64,000 nt of DNA from Chrysomallon squamiferum (GCA_012295275.1 CM022670.1:10230001-10294000); one strand, 5' to 3'. Counted from the stretch's first letter, positions 28,465 through 40,600 are shown. Numbers and translations are program-made. Notes: generated by a model not told the origin, from the sequence alone.

Positions 28465-29382
28465 CTGGGAACATTCAGTGGCGTGCAGAGGTCTGGTAAT
28501 GCCTGTGGCCAACTCCTTGACTGTATGCCCCAAAGACTCAAGTATAAAGAAGGCCTAGTACTGAGAAATATGAGAAAGGAAGATATTTTGAATATGTAAA
28601 AGATGAAACATAAAATAAAGACTTTATTCGATTTAAATATAAATCAATATAATTTATTAAGTTCATTTCCCTCAAATGGATGTCCGGGGCCATCACCCCC
28701 CTCTGATCGCCACTGGGTGTATAAATATATATATATATACACATTTTTTTTTTTAACTAGTAAGTTGGTATTGTACTGAAATAATAAGTAAAAACAACAA
28801 ACAAAATAAAACAATAATAAAATTATTTAATTTCTGATAAAATAATTCTTAATAATAATCATTATAATGTATCTCAGAAACGTATGAAATAATAACTATG
28901 CATGATGAGTTGTTAGTGATTATTTAAAGCTCGCGCGTAAGTGTGTGAAAGCAGAGGATAGAAACAGAATTATTAAAATACTTAATAATTAAATATTATA
29001 TATATAATATATATATATATATCACTATATGTATATGTATATCATCTGACTAGTGCGTGTTTGCTGAAGTTCAAAGATATCAGTTGGGATCAACTTTCAC
29101 TAGTTTCAGTTTCATACCAGTAGAAAATGTCCGCCCACTTGCGGTTTTGACCACTGTAAAATCTATGTCAAAACCAGCCACTTTCGATCGTCCTGGAAGA
29201 GAATCGGAACTTAGAACAATCAACGGTCGTAAACCCTTTAACTCTTTTCCTGCCTGTGTCCATTTCAGGTTAAAGGGCAGGTCAGTTTCTCCTCTGGCTT
29301 TCTTCGCCATTATCGCTGTGTTCTCGACCGCCTTTCGTTTGATACTCTTCGAACGAACGCTCATCTTCAACGCTACTTTCAT
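24257..29382 (-). CDS. PNKP: Bifunctional polynucleotide 3'-phosphatase/5'-kinase (PNKP-like), lacking the FHA domain, 8 exons, ~421 aa after correcting one frameshift
   Basis: Minus-strand exons: 29382-29118, 28271-28090, 27592-27503, 27132-27012, 26623-26499, 26237-26106, 25374-25272, 24503-24257. HAD phosphatase motifs AGFDIDFTVVKTASGRTF, FTNQSGI, YRKPNTAMW, YVGDAAGR, DFSCSDRMFAANIG, TPDEFFLG. Kinase P-loop VGPPACGKT, then VNRDT, VVVDNTNP, FEKPSLDEGF. As assembled, the last exon reads on to a stop at 24247; adding 1 nt at 24312 gives a family-typical C-terminus ending at 24257. Confidence 0.93.
26004..26090. mobile_element. Degenerate interspersed-repeat (SINE-like) fragment
   Basis: GAAATGTTTTACTTAACGACACATTCAGCAC...GTTAAGGCTCACTCAGATAACGAGAGAAG resembles the TTTAACGAC-type end of abundant gastropod interspersed repeats (from recall, not searched). 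A related motif occurs at ~59855. Confidence 0.45.
28328..28465. repeat. (AAT)n(AAG)n(AAC)n compound trinucleotide repeat
   Basis: Direct observation; lies immediately next to MITE copy 1. Confidence 0.95.
28476..28715. mobile_element. MITE-like non-autonomous DNA transposon, copy 1 (PNKP intron 1)
   Basis: Terminal inverted repeats CAGTGGCGtgCAGAGG ... CCTCTGatCGCCACTG (14/16 match). The internal sequence is clearly shared with 59080-59324 (e.g. CCTTGACTGTAYGCCCCAAAGACTCAAGTATAA, GGCCTAGTACTGAGAAATAT, GACTTTATTCGATTTAAATATAAATCAA). No clear TSD. Confidence 0.85.
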
Positions 29383-29715
29383 TCTATTACTGAATATTCA
29401 CGAGCTTCATTTATATACAAATTTGAATGACAGGTCAAAACATGTTGGTTGACATCAGTGGTAAATACAGAATAAGCGTGTTCATTCATGATTAAGGAAC
29501 GATAACTTATGTTATAGCAATGGCCCGCCAAAGCGATTTTTCATTTTAGTTTTAAAGCCATACCTGGTTGCAGTTTTAATCGTTATAAAAATATTTGAAT
29601 TACTTTTTTTTTAAGAAAAAGGAAAGTCGAACCATATCATAGAGAAAATGGATATAACTTTGAAGATATTTATTTGATGGCGAAGAGGAAGACAGTAACA
29701 AAATAAATAAATATA

Positions 29716-29830
29716 TACAAACATACATACATACATACATACATACATACATACATAAATACATACATACATAAATATATACATACATACATACATACAT
29801 ACATACATACATACATACATGCATACATAC
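29716..29830. repeat. (TACA)n tetranucleotide repeat
   Basis: Direct observation. Confidence 0.95.
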
Positions 29831-30554
29831 TAACAGTGTATGTGTTATAGTTAAAAATAAAGACAAACGAAAGTGATAATTATGAAGAACACAATTATTA
29901 CGACACACAAAACAACACTGTTTAATATAATGTTTTATTTATTTTTTATTTTAGGTTTGACAAAACAACAAAACAAAAGCAATAGCAAAAATAACATTCG
30001 AAGATACAACAAATACTCTTCCCCCGAGGAATTAAATAAATAACAGCAACATCAACAAGAAAATGCAACACAATAAACCTCCCCAAAACGTCCTGGTTGG
30101 CAGTCTCACCTTCACAGAATAAGGCTGATGTTTTAAGGCAGTAACCATGGCAGTCATTCCCTATAACTCTATAAAGGACAAAAAGACCATAAAAATTAGA
30201 CGACGACGACGACAACAACAACACAACCACCACTACCACCACATCAATAATTCTTTTAGAAAGAAAATTACAAAATAATTTACATCGAATTGTTAATCTA
30301 TGGTATTCATACTGGTTTAATAATAAAACTTAAAAGAAAGACAATTTACGCACGAATACAAAAATTAGTCTGCATACTTTAGACATTGTGGTGTAATAAA
30401 AATAAAAAAATAAAAATAAAAATAAACATTTCCCAATTACAAGATAATTCTATCCCATTTCATGCACAGTTTTGAAATAATTATATCTGTGAGTGCTCAC
30501 GAAGGCTAAACGATTTACGAATTCATGATGTACGTATAAATAATAACAGCAACA

Positions 30555-30605
<51 letters not shown>

Positions 30606-32219
30606 GAAGTAGTAGTATCGGCAGGGGCAGTCGTTTTTATAAAAGTAACAGCAGTCTTAGCATCAACAGCCGCAAGTGCAGTACTACTAGTAGTAGTGGT
30701 AGCAGTTTTCTTATTAAATAATGATAACAATAGCAGTTATATTATTAGAACTAGTAGCATTACACTGTTACAGTAATCAGGTCAAGGAGTAGACCCAAAT
30801 CTTCTGTTTCCTGACGGCTAACTTTCAACACCTCCTTTGTCACTAAGAAGGAAATGCCAGAGATCTTCAGATGGTAGATGTTTTGTTCTCTTACGTAAGA
30901 GGAGGAAATTAAAAAGCACAGATTTGTTAAACAGTTTCTTTGAGTTGCAAACGTCAATGGCATAACATCAATGAATATAACATGTCACACATCAAAGTAA
31001 TAGATATAAATAATAAAATCGACAGTTGAAGCAGTAGCAGCTACCACCATCACAACAACAACTACAACATAATATACAGAGTTTAAAAAAAAAAAATGAT
31101 AGCAGTCTTATTCTGATAGATATAAATATAAATATAGAAAGATGCGTTTCAGTGATCATTATAAACAACAGAAACAATAATATAGAGTAAGTGATCTGCA
31201 GAAGAATAAAGCACAAAGAAATATATTACGTGTCTATATAATACTATTATTACCAGAAAAACCGAAAGATAATTATAGGTTTCGCGAATAGATGTTTTTG
31301 TTCATCGTATTGTTTCGTAAGTAGATTTGAATGCCGTTTGCACCGGCACGGACACGTTAATAGGCTTATCATACATCAATAAAAGAATTTTCAGCAGTTA
31401 AGGTAGATAAAGGCAACATTATTGAATATTATCAGATTGCAAAGGTAAGAGAAAATGACAAGCGCAAAGCAGTTATCATTTCTGTATGTGGTCCTGACAA
31501 AAAACATTGTTTCATTTTAATACAAAAACATGTATACGAGATAAATTAATGTAATTATCTGTGTGTGTGTGTGTGTGTGTGTCTGTTTAATTATCTGCAC
31601 TGTGAAAAAAAAAAAGTAAAAAAATAAATAAACTAATACCATCTAAATTTGTAACCAGCATACAGTATAACAGTAGTAGTAATAATAATAAGTGAATAAA
31701 AAAAAAAAAAAAAAAAAATAATAATAATTAAAAAAAAATGATGATGATAATGATAACCATAATAATGGTGATTATTTTTGTTTGGGAAGTTAAGACATCT
31801 TTTATTTTAAAATATTCAGTTATTATCAAACTACAATTAAGATAAATTATTAATGGATGGAAACATTTTAATATTAATTTCATGTAGTTTTGTTTTTAGG
31901 TATAACGATGATATTGTTATTTTACTACTAATCGCTGAAGCCACTGATTATCGATTAGTTTATAATATATTTGTAATTTAATAAAGTAGTGAAAAGACAT
32001 CGAAAGGAATGGGGAAATTAATAGCGCGAAGTCAGAGGAATACAAAAATTAATTTAAAGCTTATTATTTTATTTTGAAAATGATATTATTCGGTGGTTAA
32101 TACCTACAATGGTGCGGTAATATATACATTATATTTCAAATGAAATAGTTGTTCATAAATTATGAAAAAGATCTAAAACTTTTAGTGCAATATATAGAAC
32201 GTTTCTCAGGTTATAATTA

Positions 32220-32404
32220 TGACCTCTGTGCTGACTTTGACCTTTGATGATCTCCTGCTAGCGCCACCCCTGACCAACATCACTCCCAGAATTCTCATGA
32301 CAATTGCGCATGCGTGTTATTGCCATTGCAAATGGCGGCACTTGTTATTGTTTAATGGCGTACATGATACGGGAACATTTACAAAAGAATTGACACCTTC
32401 ACAG
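32220..32404 (+). promoter_or_regulatory. Probable NCOA6 core promoter and first (5' UTR) exon
   Basis: GC/CpG-richer island with NRF1-type TGCGCATGCG (32305-32314) and YY1-type CAAATGGCGGC (32329-32339). TGACCT/TGACTT half-sites at 32220-32243. Donor CAG|GTAAAT at 32404 pairs with acceptor cttag| at 34615. Confidence 0.65.
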
Positions 32405-34328
32405 GTAAATGTTAAACAAAGTACCTATAAATTATATCGATGGGCCTTTTATGAATCCTTTGACCTGGATAAAATGTTGCCGTACGGCATTTTTCTAGCT
32501 CTAGTTTTGCAATTTTATAACAACCGTGCGACCCCATTTCTTCATTTGCCAGCGGGGAAGCAGCCGATTTGCTGTCATTTTGTCATTATTTTTTAGATCT
32601 GAAGGTAAATTGTACGTTTAGAATGAATGGAATCCTCTGGTATTTATCAGATGCATATATACGAATGAAAATGCACATATATTTTGCAGCCAAATTTTAT
32701 TTTTGGACTTGCATAGACATTGTAATTTTGACTTTCATTTCGCGCATGTGTTCGGTACTTCACAATAACAGTATGAATAGTTTTTGTTTCCTTTTGACAT
32801 TTGAGATGGCGAAATTTATAAACATATGAAAAGCATATTTATTTTAATTTCCTGTGTTTGATTGTTTGCAACATCCCCAGTGTAGTTTGCAATTGACATG
32901 CATGAGTTAATTCCCCTGGTTTAGGATTGCACTATGAATATGTTTAAACAAAATTTAAGATAATTGTGAGAATTTATGTGTATAAATTTTATGAAATGTT
33001 AATACTTTGATAGGGAACAAAGTATGGTCTCACACATCAATTTGTTTTACATAGTAGTCAAACCATGTGAAATGAAATTCTGATTGAACTCTTCAAGGTT
33101 TACAGTATTATATGATTATATCCTTTACCCACATTACTTCATCAGACCACAGATAAAATAGGGAAATAAAGCTCTTTACTAAAAGTTGGGCCAGTAAAAC
33201 ATGTCCTAGCTTAATGAGAATGCTAGAACATGAACTATAACACAGTATCTATTATCACCCTTTAAATAATGCATATAGTATAAAATGTTGATAATTGCCA
33301 AGGGAAATGTAATTCTTTAGTTACAGTTAAAACTGTTCAAAGAAAGTTATTATCCACTAAAATTATTAATCCCAAATGAATCTTTCCTATAACAAAGCTT
33401 GCAGGTCAATTTAATTTTCAGAGTCAGTTGTGTATTATCATCAGTTATTTGTATTTACATTAATGTGCTTGAAAGAAAGTTAACCCATGGATATATAATG
33501 CACTTTTATCAAACAGAATGTACAGATCTATGCCAAAGTTTGGTAATTTTAGAAGATTTTATTTAGTGTTTGTGTAGTAAGGTAAGTCATGATAATCTAG
33601 TTGAATCTGTTGAGGATCTAAATATTTCTAACATACTTTATGACTGTAAATTGGATAAACAATTTATTAAAAAATATCACTATTGCAATGAATGACAAAT
33701 GAAATAATGGCACAGAGACAGATTAACAAATTTATTAAAGAATATAGCTAAATATTTTGCATTCAAATGATGCCATGTTGAAAAAAAAAAAGTGTTTCTG
33801 AAATTCGAGAAATGGTTTTAATATAAAGAGATTTTATGAATGGAATTTGAGAAAAATAACAGGAATATACTGAATATTTACATAAATTTAAATAAAACCT
33901 TTTTATAATGGATCTGAAATACTTTTTCAAGTAACATTAATGGTAAAAATTTGACTTATGGGATGTGTAGTAGTTCATATAAGTATGCAGTATTTGTTTT
34001 CTTGTTACATCATGTATATCTGGTAAATACATAATGATCATGTATTAAATAAAATTAAGTGATTCTAGAATTAATAAATTAATTAAAATAATTTTTAAAA
34101 ATTCACAAATTAATTTCTGTTCATGGAGGCACCTACATTTTTGTTTTATGACAAACTGTGCTTCCCAGTAAAGCTCTGCTGGACTAGTATTGCAATTTAA
34201 ATAATAAATAATAATAAAAAAGGGAAACAACGAAAATGCATCCATGATTATATCAGTATAATTAAAGGATTGAAATGTTTATGGATTCTTTTTATAATGA
34301 CCTTTTTGTTAAGTTGGTCATTAAAATT

Positions 34329-34341
34329 TGACCTCTGACCT
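34329..34341. promoter_or_regulatory. Perfect DR1 nuclear-receptor element in NCOA6 intron 1
   Basis: TGACCT-C-TGACCT, ~275 nt upstream of the first coding exon. Function is unproven. Confidence 0.35.
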
Positions 34342-34639
34342 CTTTTGTACCTCTGTTATTAGCTAGATAGCCTTTTACAGAAATGGTTGACTTGATAAAA
34401 TTTGTTTAAATAAGTTCATTCTGTTAACATTGCAGTCAAGCACAGGGTTAGCTTTCTTAGAACGGAGGCTGCTAGTTGCGGATTTAAAAAAAAAAATAAA
34501 CTGACATTCGGTTTACTTAATCAATTTCTTGTAAATATGGATGAAACATTTTTTTAAAATGTGGAACAATATTTTAAAAGATTAAATAAATATTTGAAAC
34601 TTTCATTTTTCTTAGGTGTGCATCCGATGGCCGGTGGCG

Positions 34640-37600
34640 ATGGGTCCGCAGGAGGACTACATCGAGACTGTTGTCACCTGTGAAGGGGATTACCATGATC
34701 CTGAGCTACACAGTCGGATAGAGACATTCCGAAAGGAGTTAAAAGATCTCTTGCTAACTGGTAAGCTAAATTTCTTTTAGCATTAGAAATTAATTCTAAA
34801 CTGAGTTCACAATTATTCAGACTTCTGTAATTGATGAATATATTAAAATGTATATATTTATTTTCAAATATTTCAGTAACGTTGTACTTTTTGATATATG
34901 CTTTTTTTAATTAAATATTTGTTTTAGAATAAAATCTTTATTATGTATTTCTTTGCAGCTTTTTATAATTTTTTCTGGTAAACTACATTTTTATTTACTG
35001 ATCTGACATCATCATTATTTCAAAATGTAATTTAGTAATTGTTTTGTCATTAAATTACATATTTGTATTTCTTTTGTAGATATGAGCAAGATCAAACTGA
35101 AAAAAGTCGAACCATGGAACAGTGTGCGAGTAACTTTCAACATCCCTAAGGAAGCAGCATTACGTCTGAAACAGCTTGCTCAACAAGGCAATGCCACGCT
35201 TAGAGAGCTTGGTGTTCTTGCCGTCCAGATACAGGGTGATCAGGCTATTTCTCTCACCATCGCTGGTCGAAATAATGAGAGAACTGAATTAATTATCAGG
35301 ACAGATGCCCGTGTTGGTGCACCTTCTATGTCTGTGTTTGATTCAGGATTGCCAAGTTCTGATGAACTAAATTCACCAGGACCTAGTAATGTTGAAGCGA
35401 CCAGAAAAAATATAGCAGACTATTTAAGGCAAGGAACATCCATTTTTGATACTTTCTTCAGTACATCATCTGGTGTTGGTGTGTTTAAGTCACCAAATGT
35501 TGTGGCAACATCATGTGAACCAGTTCCTTTCCACCAGAATAGCATTATCAGCACTTCACCTGGGAGTACAGGATCTGCTAGTGGTCAGGCACCACTGTTT
35601 ATGAGTAACAATTTCCCACCAGGTCGAAGCCCAACAGGTTATCCTCCATCACCAGGTGGAAGTTTTCCTTCCCAGGATCCACTAGAAGTCCTATTGGACC
35701 ACCAGGAATAAAATTTCCATCACCTCCTGGCCTTGGCTTGGTACAGAATGCTGGATCACCTTCACTGGAAGCTAATCATTTAGGCTTGCCTCCTCCACCA
35801 CCATACCCACATGTTACTGGTACCATGAACAATCTAATACGGCATGGCAAAGGTGGTAGCATGTCAAGTCCTCTTCTGGTAAATCTCTTACAGACTGAAC
35901 CTTTAGCAGCAGCTTTTAGTGGTTTACCAGGAAATAAAATGCTACCTCCTGTGGAAGGTGGACCACCACCAAAGAAAAAGAGGCGTCCTCGAAAGCCTAA
36001 AGAAACCACAGCTAAAGCTGTCTCTTTGCCATCAGAAATTGAAATCCCAATACAAAGTGTGTTGAATCCTGCTTTGCACTCGAGTATGCCTCATGTGGGT
36101 CATGTTGAAAGTCCAGTGGAATCAACACAGACCACACCTGTGTTGGATACAAATGTCTCATTTAGTTCCAGTCAACATGGATCTCTGACTTCTCCAGTTG
36201 AAACTCCACCTGTTACTACCCAAGTGCATGGTTCTGTTCCAAATGACAGTGTGAAGGATAGCTTTGCAACAGCACAGCGAACAATTATGTCTGTGGGTGA
36301 AGATCATAAAAATTCAGTATCAGGACGTGATTCAAACATTACTAATTTGGTTAATGAAGGTGTAAGAATGATGGAAGAAAGTGATCCTTATTCTCCAGAA
36401 ATGACTGCTGGTAAAATTATAAATCCATATACAGGGCAGCTAGAGCCAATGGATCTTTTAGATCATAGTCCAAATAAATTCACAACACAGACTAAAAATA
36501 GGAATCAAAAAGGAAAACCTGCTACAAAGCCTAGTCGTGATCCTGATAATTTACATCATGAGGTGTTTGTGAACAGAGGAAAGAAACATTTAAATAAAAA
36601 TAGTGCTAATGTTGTTAGGAATGTGAATTCTGAAAGTGCTGTAGACACAAGTCCAATGTCCCAGGGAACTGTACCCAGTGATGTGTTTGACAGATCTGAC
36701 TTAAGGACCAAACCGTTAGATTTTGGAAACCAAACAAGTTGTTCTACTAGTCAGTCTGATGCAAACACACTGGGCAATTCTTTTGTTAACAGTTTGTCTC
36801 AAGTAGTGCCCAGTGAAACTTCAGAGATCTATGCATCATCCTTTTCATCTAGTCAACCCAAACAAAATATATCTATTAGTTTTCCTTCAAATTATCCACC
36901 AACAGGACTTGTGACATCATCTGTTTTTTCAGCTTCTTCACCTAGTTACAGTCAACCTTCACATATGTCTCAAATTTCTGAGCCTGTTTCAGCTGTCAGC
37001 TTAAACCACACCAATTCCATTCATTCGACAAATTCAAATCAGTTACAAACCAATGCTGCCATGTTATATGGTAATTCCAATTCTTCAAGGTCTCATTTAG
37101 CTCAAAGTGTTCATTTTTCAAAAGCATCTGATTTACATCATTCATCACTTAGAATACAATCAGCATCACATCTTCCTTCTGTGAGTCAGTCTCATTCAGG
37201 ATTTTCAGTGTCCACTGCAAGTTTTCAAGTAAGCACGAACCAACCAGTGTTAACTACTGATCTCCACCAAGATCACAGATTACCTCTTTCCTGCACTAGT
37301 ACTCGGCATAGTTCATCAACAAATTCAGCAGGCTTGATAAATCTCGCAGGTGGGGCTAGTTCAACACAAACCACTTCGTCATCACTTCAGCCACAGTCTG
37401 TGATACATCCAGTTACGGATTCATCTTCAGGGACACCATATCCCAAGCCTTCAAAGAACAGTTTATCAACAGGATCACCAGAAATGCATAATAATTCTGG
37501 AAAAGTGCAGGAATCTTTAGATAGTGCCAAAGGTCCATCAGGCCATAGTCCTCGAGATCATGCCTCTCCCTACTCATTGCTCAACTCACCAACTCCTCGT

Positions 37601-40600
37601 ATAACAGAATCCAATAGCATAGAGAGCCCAGAAAATAAGATGCCTTCAGAAGGTGATGAAAGTTCAAACCATAGTGGCATAATTACAGACATTGCTGTTG
37701 ATCAAACAACATCTTCTGGTTCATTCATTGATTCGGCAGCAGGAAAAGTATACAATCATGACTCTGGAGTTGGTAGTTCATCTGAACGTTCTGATGACAC
37801 TCCATCTGAACCAGGAGACAGTGAGTACAGGACTGGTCAAATGGCAGCAGATGCAGATGACTGCATCAAATCTCAAAAACTGTTGCCAGACTGTAAACCA
37901 GCTTCTAAGGTCATCACTGTGGGTTATGTAATGGATGATGACCATGGTTCCCAGAAAGAAAAATATAATGTTAATTTATCTTATAACAAAGAAACCTCTA
38001 TGGGACATGTAAAGAATTTGGCAAATTTTGTATATAGCCAAAGGACAGATGTTCAGGCTAACAGCATGGCAGTTTTACATTGGTCAGCAAAAGACTTGAA
38101 ACAGTTTTCAAAATCTGATACAGTGAGGAATTCTCATGTTGAAGTTTTGAAAAATGGTCCTGTTTTAGCAGATGAGAAATTGATGCCAAAAGAATTTGAA
38201 TCAGATAAACAGGTTCCATGTACTTTGACTGATGACCATCATTCAGTTGAAAACAGACATCTTTTAAAAGGTTTGCTTTTAGTGACATTTTAACTTAAGT
38301 GGATCATTACATTTTTAAGAATTACCAATAAAATATATATCTAACATTAACATTATTATTATTGTGACCTTTTTTTGTTGTTGTTATTCTTTTATTATTA
38401 ACAAAATTTGGTTGTTGGTAAAAATAAGTAAATAAGAAGCATGTAGACAGTGTTAAGGTTAAATGTTAAATGTAATCCTGGTAATCTTTATTATCTGTTA
38501 CTTAAGAAAAGAACCCAAACAAATCCTAAATACATTGTACTCTTGAAGTTGTAAAGAAAATAATAAAAAACAAAAAGGATATGTACCTTTAATAATTATC
38601 ATAAATTTTGTTTTAATTATTTATTACATAATTATTTTATCCTGATGTTTAGATATTACTTTTGTTTAATAACCTTTATTTTTTCATTGTGATTTTATTT
38701 CCCCATTTGCATTATGTGGTTAATAATTGTTTAATGTACTGACATTATTTTATATGATAGAAATTTAATCAGTTGGATGTGCTGTTAGTTAATTACAACT
38801 AACTTTATCTTTTATTTTAGGTACAGAGTGTCCGTCTGATTCAGAAAGAAATGTTTCTGGCTGTGAAACTCCACCTGGGTTTTGTGATCCTCGCAATATG
38901 ATGAGCTTGAGTCCAGGCAAACAAAGCAGTCCTTTCTGTGTGGACAGTTCTGTAAATAGGGCATCTAATAACCAGTGCAGCAGGTCCAGTCCTGACTGCA
39001 TGAATTACTTGACGTTACCTCTGGACAGTACTTGTGATGTTGAACATGGAGATTCCAGTGACATTGGTTCCCGTGGTTATTTCAGTGGGGGCCCAGATGG
39101 GTCAGTGGATTCTCGGTACCAGTCACAGTCTCCAAAAAGTGGCTTGTGTCAGGAGTTGGTAGAAATTGATGCCCTGCAGTCTGTTTTTACAGGTGGTTCT
39201 CTTCGTGGACAAGTAGCACTGCCAGAAGGGATGAAAGGGTCAAATATAACTAGCAAATATTCAAAACAGTCATCTCCAGTAAATGTTAACATGCTTAATC
39301 ATATTTATGCACCAGGATTGCCTCTGCCTCGCAGACTTACTGAATCGGTTCAGAGACTAGTGAAGCCTCTCCCATCTAACGATCATAATCTACCTCAGAT
39401 GAGAGCTTCCAAGTCTCCAGGATCTGGTGGTTCAAAACAGGGTTCAAGTGGTGAAAAATCGCCACGCAGTGCTCATAGTGGAGCACGGTCACCTGGTGCA
39501 AATACTATTCGTAGTGCTAGAGGGAAACCTCATGGACAAGATGTTCAGGTGTCTAGTGCGATCTCTAATGTTTCCTGCATGAAACAGACTATGATATCTG
39601 GTGGTATGGTTTTAATGAATTGCAACAGGACATTGTCACCAGGTGTTTCCTTGCCAGTCAGTTCACCTCAAACTGTTATGGCATCAGGTAAACAAGGATC
39701 TCGTTGTCTGGCAGCAGATGCACAAACCCATTCCTGGGAGTCGGTAAATACTTCACAGCAGCATTCCATGTCACAAGCAGAGGACAATCAGTTCCAGAAC
39801 AAGGCATGTTTACCACTGCCGAACCCATTTGCTCACAATACAGTAAACCATTCTGGTCGGATTGAAAATCATTCAACTATAACATCTGAAAGTGAGACAG
39901 CAGATAATTCAGTAAATACATCTGTGCCTTTATCTTCGTCCCTAAAGTGCAATAGTGGCATTGGTTCCACATCACAAAGTGACGACTCAGTTTTGTATGC
40001 AACAAACTCAACCCTAACTGTGGACTCTCATAGACTGAGTTCCACAATATCTTGTGCCATAGACCATTCTTCATTTTCATCTGATCTCAATAAAAGTGTT
40101 TCTAGCCATAATATTTGTGCAGATCATACACCCAGTTTGAGCCTGGGACTTCACACAAGCCCTATACCAAGTGTAAGTGTTTCTCCAACTTCTACTCAGC
40201 ACAGGCATGAATCTCAGCTGCCATCATCTGGCATTGTTAATTCTGTGTCTAAGCATTCCACTGTGGGACTGTTGGATATTGCAGCAGCTGGACCTCTGTT
40301 AGCAAGTTGTGATGTTGCTGGACAACAAGAGTTGTCACCCAGTGTTTCCAGAGAACAAAATCATGTTATAAATAACAATAGTACATGCACCAATTCTCTT
40401 CAGACATCTCAAGGGAATTGTGTAGTTTCAAGGCAGGATAATACTGCTTTTAGTTGCATGTCAGAACCAAGAGAAAATGAAGATGAATCTTCCTTTCCTA
40501 ATGGTGACAGAAATACCATTGAGAAATGCAGCCAAATGAGCATATCTGCAAATGAGTTGGTCAGTGTGGAATGTAAAAGTCCTCATAACAGAACCAATTC

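Noticed and set aside
29057-29452. 131-aa plus-strand ORF
   Set aside because: Antisense shadow of PNKP exon 1, with a GTG start.
32219-32596. 125-aa ORF, in frame with NCOA6 through the 32404 donor (potential 70-aa N-terminal extension)
   Set aside because: Its ATG lies upstream of the NRF1/YY1 motifs that probably mark the TSS, and the peptide has no NCOA6-like features. Not fully excluded without TSS data.
35660-35711. Programmed ribosomal frameshifting in NCOA6
   Set aside because: No X_XXY_YYZ slippery site or evident downstream structure. A similar 1-nt loss in PNKP points to assembly indels.
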